Source: an uncultured Prolixibacteraceae bacterium
GTDB lineage: Bacteria > Bacteroidota > Bacteroidia > Bacteroidales > FEN-979
Direction: 5' to 3'
DNA length: 42,644 nucleotides
Assembly (NCBI GenBank): GCA_964355115.1
Contig: CAYHCQ010000003.1
Coordinates: forward strand, 1-42,644
Shown here: in pieces, positions 31,124 to 41,241 of the stretch
How positions within the stretch are numbered: the stretch's first letter is position 1
How the letters are laid out: each line of letters starts with the position of its first letter
Notes under the pieces: model-generated
Seen by the model: only the letters and a program-made list of their open reading frames with translations
The model's database searches: none
Told to the model about the DNA's origin: nothing
Made by a program: the position numbers and the translations under genes

Positions 31124-32194
31124 GTGCGTAATCTATCCTGTAAACTCTTGCTTACCATTGCCTGCATCCCTTTGTTCGGGAGCCTCTCGATGGCCCAGAT
31201 CGGCGGAAGCCACACCTACGAATTCCTCAATCTCACGAACAGCGCACGAATTGCCGGCCTCGGAGGCAACTTCCTGGCGATCAAGGACAACGACATGACC
31301 CTCACCCTGGCCAACCCGTCGCTTATCACCCCCGAGATGCACAATAACCTCTCCTTCAGTTTTGTCAACTACTTTACCGGGCCCAATTACGGATACGCCA
31401 TGTATTCGCGCAATTTCAATAAAGTGGGCTCCTTTGTAGGCACGTTCCAGTTCATGAACTACGGAACGTTCACCGAAACCGATGCAGCGGGTAATACCTA
31501 CGGAACATTCGGCGCTTCTGAGTATGCCCTGAACATCGGGTGGGCGCGCAAACTCTCACCGGTATTCTTCATCGGGGCAAACGGAAAACTGATCTATTCT
31601 CAGCTTGAGAACTATAAATCATTCGGTATCGCCGTTGATGTTGCAGGTACCTACTGCGCAAAGGATGAGACATTTACGGCATCGCTTATAGGACGCAACA
31701 TCGGGGTACAGATCGTTACCTACACCCCCGGGAACCGCGAATCGCTTCCGTTTGAACTCCAGATCGGCATGTCGCAGAAACTCCGTCATATCCCTGTAAG
31801 GTTTTCCCAGTTGATCACCCATCTCGAAAAATGGGACCTTACCTACACCGATCCAAGCGACCCGGCAAATCAGAAAGATCCAATTACAGGAGAGACCCAG
31901 GAGAAGACAGGTGTGGGCAAATTTGCCGACCAGTTGATGAGGCATATCGTTCTTGGCGCGGAAGTGACCATTGCAAAAACATTCTCCATCCGCCTCGGTT
32001 ATAACTACCAACGACGCCAGGAGCTTAAGCTTTACAGCAAGCCTGCCCTGGCAGGGTTTTCGCTGGGTTTCGGCCTTCGGGTAAAGATGTTTGACATCAG
32101 TTATACCCGTGCCACCTACCAGGCCGGCAGTCCCAATCCAAACTACTTCACGGTCTCCGTAAATCTTCAGCAATTCTATAAAAAGAAGGAATAG
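31124..32194 (+). CDS. porQ: Type IX secretion system PorQ-like outer-membrane protein
   Basis: 356 aa with a GTG start and a signal peptide. YEFLNLTNSARIAGLGG is typical of PorQ family proteins. This is family recall from memory. Confidence 0.6.
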   Translation: MRNLSCKLLLTIACIPLFGSLSMAQIGGSHTYEFLNLTNSARIAGLGGNFLAIKDNDMTLTLANPSLITPEMHNNLSFSFVNYFTGPNYGYAMYSRNFNKVGSFVGTFQFMNYGTFTETDAAGNTYGTFGASEYALNIGWARKLSPVFFIGANGKLIYSQLENYKSFGIAVDVAGTYCAKDETFTASLIGRNIGVQIVTYTPGNRESLPFELQIGMSQKLRHIPVRFSQLITHLEKWDLTYTDPSDPANQKDPITGETQEKTGVGKFADQLMRHIVLGAEVTIAKTFSIRLGYNYQRRQELKLYSKPALAGFSLGFGLRVKMFDISYTRATYQAGSPNPNYFTVSVNLQQFYKKKE

Positions 32195-32208
32195 GGAGAT
32201 TCGGTTCC

Positions 32209-33087
32209 ATGAAGGTCACTGTCGATCCCCGTTCCGGTTTTTGTTTTGGTGTATCCCATGCCATTGAGCTGGCTGAGCAGGAACTCGCCTTACACGGCAC
32301 TCTTTTCTGTTTGGGCGATATCGTGCACAATGATGGCGAAGTAGACCGGCTTCAGAAGATGGGGTTGAAGATAATCACACACGAAGAGTTCAGGAATTTG
32401 CATGATTGCAGGGTACTTATCCGCGCTCATGGCGAACCACCGGAAACTTACAGACTTGCCCTGGAAAACAGGATTGAACTGATTGATGGATCCTGCAGGA
32501 TTGTTTTGAATCTCCAGCAGGCTGTTCAGAAAGCGGGGTCGGAAATGGTTGAGAAAAAGGGTCAGGTTGTGATTTACGGTAAGCCCGGTCACGCAGAAGT
32601 TGTAGGACTTACAGGGCAGACAGGACATTCGGCGATCGTTGTGGGTGATGAAAAGGATCTTGAGAAAATCGATTTTGAACGGCCTGTGCGTTTATTCAGC
32701 CAGACGACACGGGATTACGGAAGGTTCAGATACCTTGCAGGGGTTATAGAGGAGAGGATGACCATTGCGGGAAAGGGTCAGCCGATCGACTTTAAATGGA
32801 ATGACAGCATATGCCGGAGGGTTTCCAACCGGGCTGAACAACTTCGTACATTTGCAGCTGAACACGATGTGGTTGTGTTTGTAAGTGGCATAAAAAGTTC
32901 AAACGGGATGATTCTTTACCAGGTTTGCAGCGATGTTAATCCCCGTACCTATCTGGTAACGTGTGCCGAAGATGTGCAACCCGGCTGGTTCAGGGAGTGC
33001 GTTTCCGTGGGTGTTTGCGGCGCAACCTCCACGCCTGTATGGCTTATGAAGAATATTGCCGGTGAAATTGAAAAACTCAGCATCTGA
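32209..33087 (+). CDS. ispH: 4-hydroxy-3-methylbut-2-enyl diphosphate reductase
   Basis: 292 aa with GFCFGV, VHN, AHG and conserved Cys positions of IspH/LytB. Confidence 0.9.
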   Translation: MKVTVDPRSGFCFGVSHAIELAEQELALHGTLFCLGDIVHNDGEVDRLQKMGLKIITHEEFRNLHDCRVLIRAHGEPPETYRLALENRIELIDGSCRIVLNLQQAVQKAGSEMVEKKGQVVIYGKPGHAEVVGLTGQTGHSAIVVGDEKDLEKIDFERPVRLFSQTTRDYGRFRYLAGVIEERMTIAGKGQPIDFKWNDSICRRVSNRAEQLRTFAAEHDVVVFVSGIKSSNGMILYQVCSDVNPRTYLVTCAEDVQPGWFRECVSVGVCGATSTPVWLMKNIAGEIEKLSI

Positions 33088-33088
33088 C

Positions 33089-34180
33089 ATGTATCTTAAA
33101 AAGCTCACCGTTACCAACTTTAAAAACTACGGGCAAACCGACTTTTCATTCTCCGAGAAGATCAACTGTTTTGTGGGGAATAACGGGGTGGGGAAGACGA
33201 ACATCCTCGATGCAGTGCATTATCTCTCCTTTTGCAAAAGTTATTTTACCACTGTCGATACCCAGAATATCCGCCATGGCGAAGATTTTTTCGCTATTCA
33301 TGGAATTTACTACCGCGGGACTGAAGTTCCCGAACAGGTTCAGTGTCTTCAGAAAAAAAATACACGCAAGCGGTTTCTGCTTAATAAGAAAGAGTATGAG
33401 CGGCTGGCCGACCACATCGGGAATTTCCCGCTGGTAATGATCTCGCCTTACGACAACGACCTTATCAATGAAGGAAGTGACATGCGGCGGAAGTATATCG
33501 ACAGCGTCATCTGCCAGTTCGATAAATTTTATCTCGACGATCTGATCAATTACAACAAAGCCCTGGCCCAGCGGAATGCGCTGCTGAAGTCATTCGCCGA
33601 AAGCCGCTCTTTCGACCGTGCCGCCCTGGAGATATGGGATGAGCAGATGATCAGGCTGGGAGAGCAGATTCATGTTAAAAGGAGACAGTTTCTTGAGCAG
33701 TTCATCCCGGTGTTCAGCCACTATTTTGGATTCATTAGCGGGGCGGGTGAAACAGTTGATATAACCTATGTTTCACAACTGGAAGGTACCTCCTTCCGCG
33801 ATCTCCTCGCCGAGGCATCATCGCGCGACCAGGCGGCCCAGTATTCAACGGCCGGAATTCACAAGGACGATCTTGAATTTACCATTGGCGGCTATCCGGT
33901 TAAGAAGTTCGGGTCGCAGGGTCAGCAAAAGTCGTTTGTGATTGCCATTAAACTGGCACAGTTTGAGTATACCCGCAAGGTCAAAGGGTTTAAACCGATC
34001 CTTCTTCTCGACGATATCTTCGATAAGCTTGACGATCTCAGGGTTCAGCAGCTGATCAAGCTGGTGGGCGAACACAGCTTTGGACAGGTATTTCTCACCG
34101 ACACCTCCGAAAACCGTATCAGGTCTATATTCGATGCCATGGACCTAGACCATTTAATTTTCAACATTCCGACTCAGTAG
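33089..34180 (+). CDS. recF: DNA replication and repair protein RecF
   Basis: MYLKKLTVTNFKNY...GNNGVGKTNILDA (Walker A). I prefer the ATG at 33089, just after the ispH stop, over 33056. Confidence 0.9.
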   Translation: MYLKKLTVTNFKNYGQTDFSFSEKINCFVGNNGVGKTNILDAVHYLSFCKSYFTTVDTQNIRHGEDFFAIHGIYYRGTEVPEQVQCLQKKNTRKRFLLNKKEYERLADHIGNFPLVMISPYDNDLINEGSDMRRKYIDSVICQFDKFYLDDLINYNKALAQRNALLKSFAESRSFDRAALEIWDEQMIRLGEQIHVKRRQFLEQFIPVFSHYFGFISGAGETVDITYVSQLEGTSFRDLLAEASSRDQAAQYSTAGIHKDDLEFTIGGYPVKKFGSQGQQKSFVIAIKLAQFEYTRKVKGFKPILLLDDIFDKLDDLRVQQLIKLVGEHSFGQVFLTDTSENRIRSIFDAMDLDHLIFNIPTQ

Positions 34181-34217
34181 TGTTCCGGATTTTTTATATT
34201 TACAAGAAATTCAACCC

Positions 34218-34508
34218 TTGAGAAAAGCAACAGAAAAGCCGCTGAAGGCAGTAATCGAGGAGTTTTTAAAGACCTTCAGGCTGGAGGACAAGATCGGGGA
34301 GACCCGTGTTATTGCGGCCTGGGAAAAGGTAGTTGGCCCTATGGTGGCAAAACATACCCAGCGCCTTTCCATCCGCAACAAGGTACTATACGTGAAGCTT
34401 GATTCAGCCGCACTGCGTAATGAGCTTATGTTTGCCCGCGAAAAAATCGTAAAGTCCCTGAATAAAGAGGCTGGTAATGTGGCGATTACGGAAATTGTGC
34501 TGAATTAA
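34218..34508 (+). CDS. DUF721-family protein (commonly follows recF)
   Basis: 96 aa with a TTG start. AWEKVVGPMVAKHT is typical of DUF721. The synteny with recF supports the call. Confidence 0.65.
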   Translation: MRKATEKPLKAVIEEFLKTFRLEDKIGETRVIAAWEKVVGPMVAKHTQRLSIRNKVLYVKLDSAALRNELMFAREKIVKSLNKEAGNVAITEIVLN

Positions 34509-34509
34509 G

Positions 34510-35121
34510 CTACTTTACCAGGCACGAAAGCAGTTTACTCCCCTCGATATAGGCTTCCAGTTTATCACCCGGTTTCACAGGACCTACGCCTGCAGGTGTT
34601 CCCGTAAAAATCAGATCACCTGTGCGCAGCGTCATGAACTTTGATATGGCAGCGATGATATCGTCGAAAGGGTAAAGCATCAACGAACTGTTGCCTTTCT
34701 GCACCGTGGTTCCATTCAGGTCGAGGTGAAATGTAATGTTTGTTACATCCGGGAAGTTCTCTTTTGGCTGAAATTGTCCAATGGGTGCGGAGTTGTCGAA
34801 TCCTTTGGAAATGGCCCAGGGGAGCCCCTTCTTTTTGGCCTCATCCTGAATGTCGCGGGCTGTTAGGTCGAGTCCGATACCAATTTCGTTGTAATAGGTG
34901 TGCGCAAACCTCTTCTGGATGTTCTTGCCAACCTTGCAGATTTTCAGCACCAGTTCAACCTCATAATGAATGTTTTCTGAGAATGGCGGGTAGTAAAATG
35001 GCCTGTTGCGGGTTAGAAGCGCTGTATCAGGCTTAAGAAAAAATACCGGAGCCGATGGAACCTGGTTGCCCAGCTCTTTGATGTGATCCACGTAGTTTCT
35101 ACCGATGCAAATGATCTTCAT
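34510..35121 (-). CDS. Fumarylacetoacetate hydrolase (FAH) family protein
   Basis: 203 aa with MKIICIGRNYVDH, EVELV and GDLIFTGTPAGVG. Confidence 0.85.
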   Translation of the reverse strand: MKIICIGRNYVDHIKELGNQVPSAPVFFLKPDTALLTRNRPFYYPPFSENIHYEVELVLKICKVGKNIQKRFAHTYYNEIGIGLDLTARDIQDEAKKKGLPWAISKGFDNSAPIGQFQPKENFPDVTNITFHLDLNGTTVQKGNSSLMLYPFDDIIAAISKFMTLRTGDLIFTGTPAGVGPVKPGDKLEAYIEGSKLLSCLVK

Positions 35122-35123
35122 GG

Positions 35124-35954
35124 TTAAAAAAGTTCAAGTTTTACCGATTTGTTATTTCCTCCCTGCAGTTTTAATGAGGTGATAACCCTTTTGGTGGAGA
35201 TCGGAAAATCGCCCTTCATCATCCAGTCATAATAGGAGGGCTCATTACGGAAGACTTCCGAAACGGGTTTACCCTTGTGTTTTCCGAAGTTGAAAACCTC
35301 AATATTCTTGTCATTGTAAACGATGTGTCCGATCAGGTCGACCCACTTGGTGGAGAAGGAAAACTCACTGAGTGCCTTCACATCGTTTACAACTGGTTCA
35401 ACAAGGTTACCCTTCTTGTCCTTTATGGAAACATTCTCATACTTGTCAAGCTGTGCCTTCAGGATCTCATACGTGGCAATGGTATCCGCCTCTGCACTGT
35501 GGGCGTTAACCAGCTCCTTGCCACAATAGAACTTGTAGGCGGCAAAAAGGTTTCGCGGCTCCATCTTGTGAAAGATGTTCTGCACATCCACAAACCGGCG
35601 CCCCTTCAGATCGAAATCGATCTCGGCACGATAGAACTCCTCCACCAGCAGAGGAATGTCGAAATGGTTGGAGTTGTAGCCGGCCAGGTCGCAGTTCTCC
35701 ATGAACTGTGCAAGCTCATGACCCACCTGCCTGAAGGTCGGACAATCCTTTACATCTTCATTCGTGATGCCATGTATGGCAATAACCTCTTCAGGAATAG
35801 TTATCTCCGGGTTGATTCGAAGGGTCCTTGTCTCGGTGGTGCCATCGGTATCTGCCCGCAGGATGCAGATCTCCACAATGCGGTCGGTTGCTACTCTGAT
35901 GCCGGTGGTCTCAAGATCAATGAAAGCCAGTGGGCGGTTGAGGTTCAGTTCCAT
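35124..35954 (-). CDS. DnaQ-like 3'-5' exonuclease domain protein
   Basis: 276 aa with Exo motifs FIDLETTG, YNSNHFDIPLL and HSAEADT. Confidence 0.85.
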   Translation of the reverse strand: MELNLNRPLAFIDLETTGIRVATDRIVEICILRADTDGTTETRTLRINPEITIPEEVIAIHGITNEDVKDCPTFRQVGHELAQFMENCDLAGYNSNHFDIPLLVEEFYRAEIDFDLKGRRFVDVQNIFHKMEPRNLFAAYKFYCGKELVNAHSAEADTIATYEILKAQLDKYENVSIKDKKGNLVEPVVNDVKALSEFSFSTKWVDLIGHIVYNDKNIEVFNFGKHKGKPVSEVFRNEPSYYDWMMKGDFPISTKRVITSLKLQGGNNKSVKLELF

Positions 35955-37298
35955 TTAAATAGTTTGGGTAGTATCAAAATTTTCAAGATACCGGGCCACC
36001 CGTGCCAGGAATTGTCCTCCGAGTGAGCCATCAATAACGCGGTGATCGTAGGTTACCGATATGATCATCATGGGGCGGATGCCGATGACATCACCTTCGG
36101 GTGTTTCAATTACCACGGGACGTTTCTTGATCGCCCCCACAGCTATTATGGCTGTCTGCGGCTGGTTGATGATCGGTGTCCCCATCAGCGTTCCGAAGGA
36201 GCCGAGGTTGGTCAGAGAGATGGTGCCGCTCGTAATTTCATCCGGAACCAGCTTGCTGGTGCGCGCCCTTTCGGCCAGATCGTTCACATGCTTCACCAAT
36301 CCGAGCAGGCTTTTCTGGTCGGCATTACGGATCACGGGAACAATGAGGTTGAAGTTTGGCAAAGCAACTGCCATGCCAACGTTTATATTTTTGTGCACGA
36401 TTATCTTAGGTCCGTCAACTGACACGTTCACCATCGGGAAATCCCTTACGGCCATGGCAATCGCCTCGATGAAGATCGGCGTGAAGGTGAGTTTTTCCTT
36501 CTCCTTTTTCAGGAAGGCGTCTTTGTTCTTATCGCGCCATTGAACGGCCCTGCTCATGTCAACCTCCATAAAAGATGTAACATGGGCCGATGTCTGCACC
36601 GACTTAACCATGTGGGCTGCAATAAGCTGGCGGATGCGGTCCATCTCAACAATACCGTCCTCGCCGAGAATTACCTGTTGCACGGTTGCCGGCGCTGGGG
36701 CCAGTGCCGTTGGAGCTGTTGATGAAACAGCGGCAGGGGCGGAAGCCGGTATAATGTTGAGGTGCCGGTTTTTGATATGGTCAAGAATATCCTGCTTTGT
36801 GATCCGGTCGCCTTTGCCGGTGCCCGCTATGGAGTCAAGCTCACCGAAGGGGATGTTCTCCTGCTGGGCGATACTGCGCACCAGCGGCGAGTAAAATCGG
36901 GTGCCCGATGGAGTATCATGGTCGTCGGCTGCGCTAATGGCTGGTTCCGGTGCAGTAACGACAACGACAGCCGGTTCAGCAACGACACCGACAGCCGGTT
37001 CAGCAACTGCTTTATCTGAGGCGGCCGGAGGAACCGGGGCGGATTTTACAGGGGCTCCTGCAATTTCAATTATGGCAAATACTTTTCCGACAGGAATGAT
37101 ATCCCCTTCACCGTATAATTTTTTAACCAGCTTCCCGGCAACTGGTGACGGGATCTCTGAGTCAACTTTATCTGTTGCGATCTCAACGACGGTATCCTCC
37201 TCGAGGATCATATCTCCTTCGTTTTTCAACCATTTTATCAGTGTGGCTTCAATAATACCCTCGCCCAGCTTCGGGACCATCAGTTCATAATTTGCCAT
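35955..37298 (-). CDS. 2-oxoacid dehydrogenase E2 component (dihydrolipoamide acyltransferase)
   Basis: It has a lipoyl domain (VEIATDKVDSEIPS), Ala/Pro linkers, a subunit-binding domain (SPLVRSIAQQENI) and a catalytic DHRVIDG. The likely start is MANYEL at 37298. The ORF track starts at 37325. Confidence 0.9.
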   Translation of the reverse strand: MANYELMVPKLGEGIIEATLIKWLKNEGDMILEEDTVVEIATDKVDSEIPSPVAGKLVKKLYGEGDIIPVGKVFAIIEIAGAPVKSAPVPPAASDKAVAEPAVGVVAEPAVVVVTAPEPAISAADDHDTPSGTRFYSPLVRSIAQQENIPFGELDSIAGTGKGDRITKQDILDHIKNRHLNIIPASAPAAVSSTAPTALAPAPATVQQVILGEDGIVEMDRIRQLIAAHMVKSVQTSAHVTSFMEVDMSRAVQWRDKNKDAFLKKEKEKLTFTPIFIEAIAMAVRDFPMVNVSVDGPKIIVHKNINVGMAVALPNFNLIVPVIRNADQKSLLGLVKHVNDLAERARTSKLVPDEITSGTISLTNLGSFGTLMGTPIINQPQTAIIAVGAIKKRPVVIETPEGDVIGIRPMMIISVTYDHRVIDGSLGGQFLARVARYLENFDTTQTI

Positions 37299-37336
37299 AG
37301 CTACAGAAATGAAAGATTTGGGCAAAGTTAATGATT

Positions 37337-39301
37337 TTACCGTCCCAGCTCCCTGAATCCCCTCAGGATGATGTTGAGATCGTTGGTAAGCTTGTAATCC
37401 CTGGCATAAAGAAGGTTCAGTCTGGCGTTGGTCTCTTCCGGCACGTTCTTATTCCGGAATGCGTCGAGCGGGTTCAGTACACCATTTTTTATTCCGGGCA
37501 GGCGCTGCAACTCGGTTTCGGTGAGGCTGGTATAACCCACCCACGAATTCAATGAGAGAAGTACCGAGATGATATTGCGGAGTAGTCCGAGCGGTCGTTT
37601 TACCAGGAATAGGGCAACAGGATAAAGTATCAGCAAACCGGTACCCACCGCCAGGTCAAGCATCCGCTTGTTGCGGCGGTTTGATTTCTTGGTAATGGCA
37701 TTGATATCGATTACATAAAGGTCGCCCGAAGTGTTTATAGAATTGCTTCCGATGATCGACAAACTCTCGGGTGGCGCTATCTTGTAATCCACCAGGTCGC
37801 CCTTGAGTTCCGACATCTTGTCGATGATCACCTGGGCCGGAACATCCTTGGCGCAGAATATCACCTCATCGATTTTATGGATTGTAATGATTTCCTTTAT
37901 CTGCCCGAGGTGTCCGATAAAACCGTTGGTGTTGCTTCGGTGGTGGTGGTAACTTACCAGGCCTATAAATGCAGGGTTCATGCCGGTTTTCTGAAGAAGG
38001 TCGGAAACCCTTTCCGACTCGTCCTTCTCGCCGACAATGACGAAGCGTTTGTTCTTGTCTGAATTGAGCCGGTATCCGCTCAGGTTGGCAAAATGAAGAA
38101 GGAGGCGCGAAAGCAACATGATCGCCGTTCCCCAGATGGCTCCGAAGATGATGAGAGCACGTGAAAAACGATAGTGTTCATTCAGAAGGCTATAGAGGAG
38201 CAGGATAATGATGGTGCCTACCAGCATGCCCTGCACAATGCGGAGAAGCCGGATGGGTTTGTCGTAGCCACTGCTCAGGTAAACACACAGCAGCCAGATG
38301 GCAAGGTATACGGGTACCGCAATATGGAGGAATGCGTTGGGATAGTGTCCGCCATCGGGGAAAATGAAGGTATGTTCCCAGTAACCGGTGATATAATAGA
38401 TACCGGCAAATATCATGATGGCATCAGCCAGTGGCAGTAGTATTCTCGAAAAAAACCGCGATGCCAGCGAAATAAATGCCCTGAGATAGATCGCAAAATT
38501 GATCATCATCGAGTAGGTCTGGGCATTCCCCTTCGAAAAATGCTTGTTGGCGAACACGATCATGGCATTGTAAAACATGAACACATAGTTCATGCTGCTT
38601 TTTTTCGTGCTCTCGCCTTTATAATGAATGATGCGTGTTTCGGGATAATAGTAGTTTTTATAACCCGCTTTTGTGATCCGGTAGCTAAGGTCGACATCCT
38701 CACCGTACATAAAGAAGGATTCATCCAGAAGGCCGATCTCCGCAAGGACGGATTTCCTGAGTAACATGAAAGCCCCGGCAAGTACGTCAATTTCGTGGGT
38801 TTTCTCCTTGTCGAGGAACCCAAGATGGTATTTTCCGAAAATCCTGGATTTTGGGAACAGACCCGACAGCCCGATTATTTTATAGAAGGCCACGGCGGGG
38901 GAGGGGAGCCCGCGTTTGCTTTCGGGAAGGAATTTCCCTTTTCCATCCAGCATCTTAACCCCGAGTCCGCCTGCATCGGGGTGCTCATCCATAAACTGAA
39001 CCACCTTTCGCAACGTGTCATCCTCAACTATCGTGTCGGGATTCAGAAGCAGAACATACTCGCCTTTCGATTTCCGGATGGCCTGGTTATTTGCCTTCGA
39101 AAAGCCTGTGTTCTCTTTGTTTTCAATCAGGTGTACATCGGGAAATTTCTCCTTCACCATCCTGATGGAGCCGTCCACCGAGTTGTTGTCGACCACAAAT
39201 ACTTCAGCATCAAGACCCTGGCAGCCATTCTGAACCGAATGCAGACACTGCTCAAGAAAGTACTTGACGTTATAGTTGACAATGACAATGGATAGTTTCA
39301 T
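37337..39301 (-). CDS. Family 2 glycosyltransferase fused to a polytopic membrane region and a C-terminal sugar-transferase-like segment
   Basis: 654 aa with an N-terminus SIVIVNYNVKYFLEQCL...VVDNNSVDGS...LLLNPDT (GT2). Several hydrophobic segments lie at aa ~280-410. The C-terminus has RFVIVGEKDE...KRMLDLAVGTGLLIL. Confidence 0.75.
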   Translation of the reverse strand: MKLSIVIVNYNVKYFLEQCLHSVQNGCQGLDAEVFVVDNNSVDGSIRMVKEKFPDVHLIENKENTGFSKANNQAIRKSKGEYVLLLNPDTIVEDDTLRKVVQFMDEHPDAGGLGVKMLDGKGKFLPESKRGLPSPAVAFYKIIGLSGLFPKSRIFGKYHLGFLDKEKTHEIDVLAGAFMLLRKSVLAEIGLLDESFFMYGEDVDLSYRITKAGYKNYYYPETRIIHYKGESTKKSSMNYVFMFYNAMIVFANKHFSKGNAQTYSMMINFAIYLRAFISLASRFFSRILLPLADAIMIFAGIYYITGYWEHTFIFPDGGHYPNAFLHIAVPVYLAIWLLCVYLSSGYDKPIRLLRIVQGMLVGTIIILLLYSLLNEHYRFSRALIIFGAIWGTAIMLLSRLLLHFANLSGYRLNSDKNKRFVIVGEKDESERVSDLLQKTGMNPAFIGLVSYHHHRSNTNGFIGHLGQIKEIITIHKIDEVIFCAKDVPAQVIIDKMSELKGDLVDYKIAPPESLSIIGSNSINTSGDLYVIDINAITKKSNRRNKRMLDLAVGTGLLILYPVALFLVKRPLGLLRNIISVLLSLNSWVGYTSLTETELQRLPGIKNGVLNPLDAFRNKNVPEETNARLNLLYARDYKLTNDLNIILRGFRELGR

Positions 39302-39354
39302 GCGTCTCGCAAAGAATTGCCGGTAAAGTTAAGGTTAATCGTTCAAATTCAAAA

Positions 39355-39939
39355 CTAAATCGCACCGGCCTCGATCATCAGTACCACCTGTTCTATAGCC
39401 TGGTCTTCGCCCACCGGATCATAGGTGTTCTTCAAGTCATAGCCGAAAATTCGCGCCATGGTTTGCCAGATAAAGGCAGTAAAGCCGCCGCGCAGGTCTT
39501 TTACAATTTCGAAGGTCGAATTACCTGTTTCCCTGTAGATAAGCTTGATGAGTACCTTCCCCTGCGAAAAAGTTAGGTCCTTTATCTCATCGCCGAACTG
39601 CGCTTCGAGCTCCTTTTCTGCCTTTTTCAGATAGGCTTTTCGTGCCTTTTCCGATGGAATGGTATCGAGAACATCCCTGTAATACTTCAGTTTTTGTCCT
39701 GCCAGTTTGGCGTACGGATATACCTTTTTCACGTTCTTAACAAGCTTGTCATAACGCACCTGCTGCCGGTGGTTCACGATCTTCACCGTGGGGAAAATAA
39801 CTGCAGCCCTCATGTCGACCAGTCCTACCGTATCGCCATCGATCACCGTCGCAGGCAGAACGATGCGCGCAGTATCCTGGGAAAAGGATTTCGTGAAAAT
39901 TGCAAGAAAGATGATAACGGTGAGTATTCCTCTATTCAT
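39355..39939 (-). CDS. Hypothetical secreted protein (DUF4294-like)
   Basis: It has a signal peptide MNRGILTVIIFLAIFTKSFSQ. I prefer the ATG at 39939 over the TTG at 39945. The family assignment is from memory. Confidence 0.6.
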   Translation of the reverse strand: MNRGILTVIIFLAIFTKSFSQDTARIVLPATVIDGDTVGLVDMRAAVIFPTVKIVNHRQQVRYDKLVKNVKKVYPYAKLAGQKLKYYRDVLDTIPSEKARKAYLKKAEKELEAQFGDEIKDLTFSQGKVLIKLIYRETGNSTFEIVKDLRGGFTAFIWQTMARIFGYDLKNTYDPVGEDQAIEQVVLMIEAGAI

Positions 39940-39995
39940 CCACAACCCGGTTGAATTAATTCATTCAATAAACGAGAAGAGCGCCGGGTTTATTA

Positions 39996-41231
39996 TCAGG
40001 CAACTTTAAGCCGGGCGATGCTTGTTTTCTGAAACTTCTCCTCAACAAATGATCTGGTTATTCTGAGCGATTTTGCAGACCCTTCGGAGGGCATCTCAAA
40101 CATCGGGTCAACCATCATTCCTTCCAGAATGGAACGCAGCCCGCGGGCTCCGAGCTTGAATTCGATCGATTTGTCCACAATAAAATCAAGGGCATCGTCA
40201 TCAAAGGTTAGTTTGATGTTGTCGATCTCAAAAAGTTTAGTATACTGCCTGATGAGTGAGTTTTTCGGTTCGGTCAGGATCCTGCGTAAGGTGTCGCGGT
40301 CGAGCGAATGCATAAAGGTCACAATGGGGAGGCGGCCGACAAGTTCCGGTATCAGTCCAAAGGCTTTGAGGTCGACAGGCGAAATATACTGCAGCATGTT
40401 GTCCTTGTCGTAATGGTGATGCTTTTTATCGACCTTGAATCCGATCCGGTTGGTTTGAAGTCGGTTTGCGATCTTTTTATCAATCCCGTCGAAAGCCCCG
40501 CCTGTTATGAACAGTATGTTCTGTGTGTTGATCTGGATCATCTTCTGCTCGGGATGCTTTCTTCCGCCCTGTGGCGGAACATTTACGATGGAACCTTCAA
40601 GCATCTTCAGCAATGCCTGTTGCACCCCTTCGCCGCTTACGTCGCGTGTGATCGAGGGGTTGTCGCCCTTGCGCGCAATTTTATCAATCTCGTCAATAAA
40701 TACAATTCCCCTCTCAGCCGAAGCAACGTTGTAGTCGGCTACCTGCAGCAGCCGGGCAAGAATACTCTCCACATCCTCTCCCACATAACCAGCCTCGGTG
40801 AGTGCTGTAGCGTCGGCAATACAAAAGGGCACGTTCAGCATCCGTGCAATGGTTCGTGCCAGCAAAGTTTTCCCGGTTCCGGTTTCGCCTACAATGACAA
40901 TATTGGATTTTTCAATCTCAACATCGTCCTCTTTGTCGTTTTTTGCATGGATTATGCGCTTGTAGTGGTTGTAAACAGCAACCGCAATGACCTTTTTGGC
41001 ATCCTCCTGGCCGATAACATAGTTCTCGAGATACTTCTTAATTTCAACAGGTTTCAGAAGGTTATAGTCGGGCAGCGACTTGTTTTTCGCCGTGGCGAGT
41101 TCTTCCTGAAGAATAATCTGTGCCTGCTGTATGCAGTTTTCACAGATATGTGCATCCAGTCCGGCAATGAGAACGGTGTTATCCCTCTTCTCACGGCCGC
41201 AAAATGAACATTTATCGCCAGATTTTGCCAT
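39996..41231 (-). CDS. clpX: ATP-dependent Clp protease ATP-binding subunit ClpX
   Basis: It has a zinc ribbon CSFCGR...CENC and a Walker A GETGTGKT. The likely start is [12 protein letters not shown] at 41231. The ORF-track start at 41279 overlaps clpP. Confidence 0.95.
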   Translation of the reverse strand: MAKSGDKCSFCGREKRDNTVLIAGLDAHICENCIQQAQIILQEELATAKNKSLPDYNLLKPVEIKKYLENYVIGQEDAKKVIAVAVYNHYKRIIHAKNDKEDDVEIEKSNIVIVGETGTGKTLLARTIARMLNVPFCIADATALTEAGYVGEDVESILARLLQVADYNVASAERGIVFIDEIDKIARKGDNPSITRDVSGEGVQQALLKMLEGSIVNVPPQGGRKHPEQKMIQINTQNILFITGGAFDGIDKKIANRLQTNRIGFKVDKKHHHYDKDNMLQYISPVDLKAFGLIPELVGRLPIVTFMHSLDRDTLRRILTEPKNSLIRQYTKLFEIDNIKLTFDDDALDFIVDKSIEFKLGARGLRSILEGMMVDPMFEMPSEGSAKSLRITRSFVEEKFQKTSIARLKVA

Positions 41232-41241
41232 CGGTTGGTTG

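Noticed and set aside
36940-37020. Direct repeats (ACGACAGCCGGTTCAGCAAC x2) inside the E2 acyltransferase gene
   Set aside because: They encode the Ala/Pro/Val-rich inter-domain linker (AEPAVGVVAEPAVVVV), a normal feature of 2-oxoacid dehydrogenase E2 proteins.
39944-39990. Nested inverted repeats (AACCCGG...CCGGGTT enclosing TTGAAT...ATTCAA) downstream of clpX as a terminator
   Set aside because: The outer stem closes a 33-nt loop, there is no U-tract, and the next start codon follows immediately. It may form a structure, but I cannot support a terminator call.
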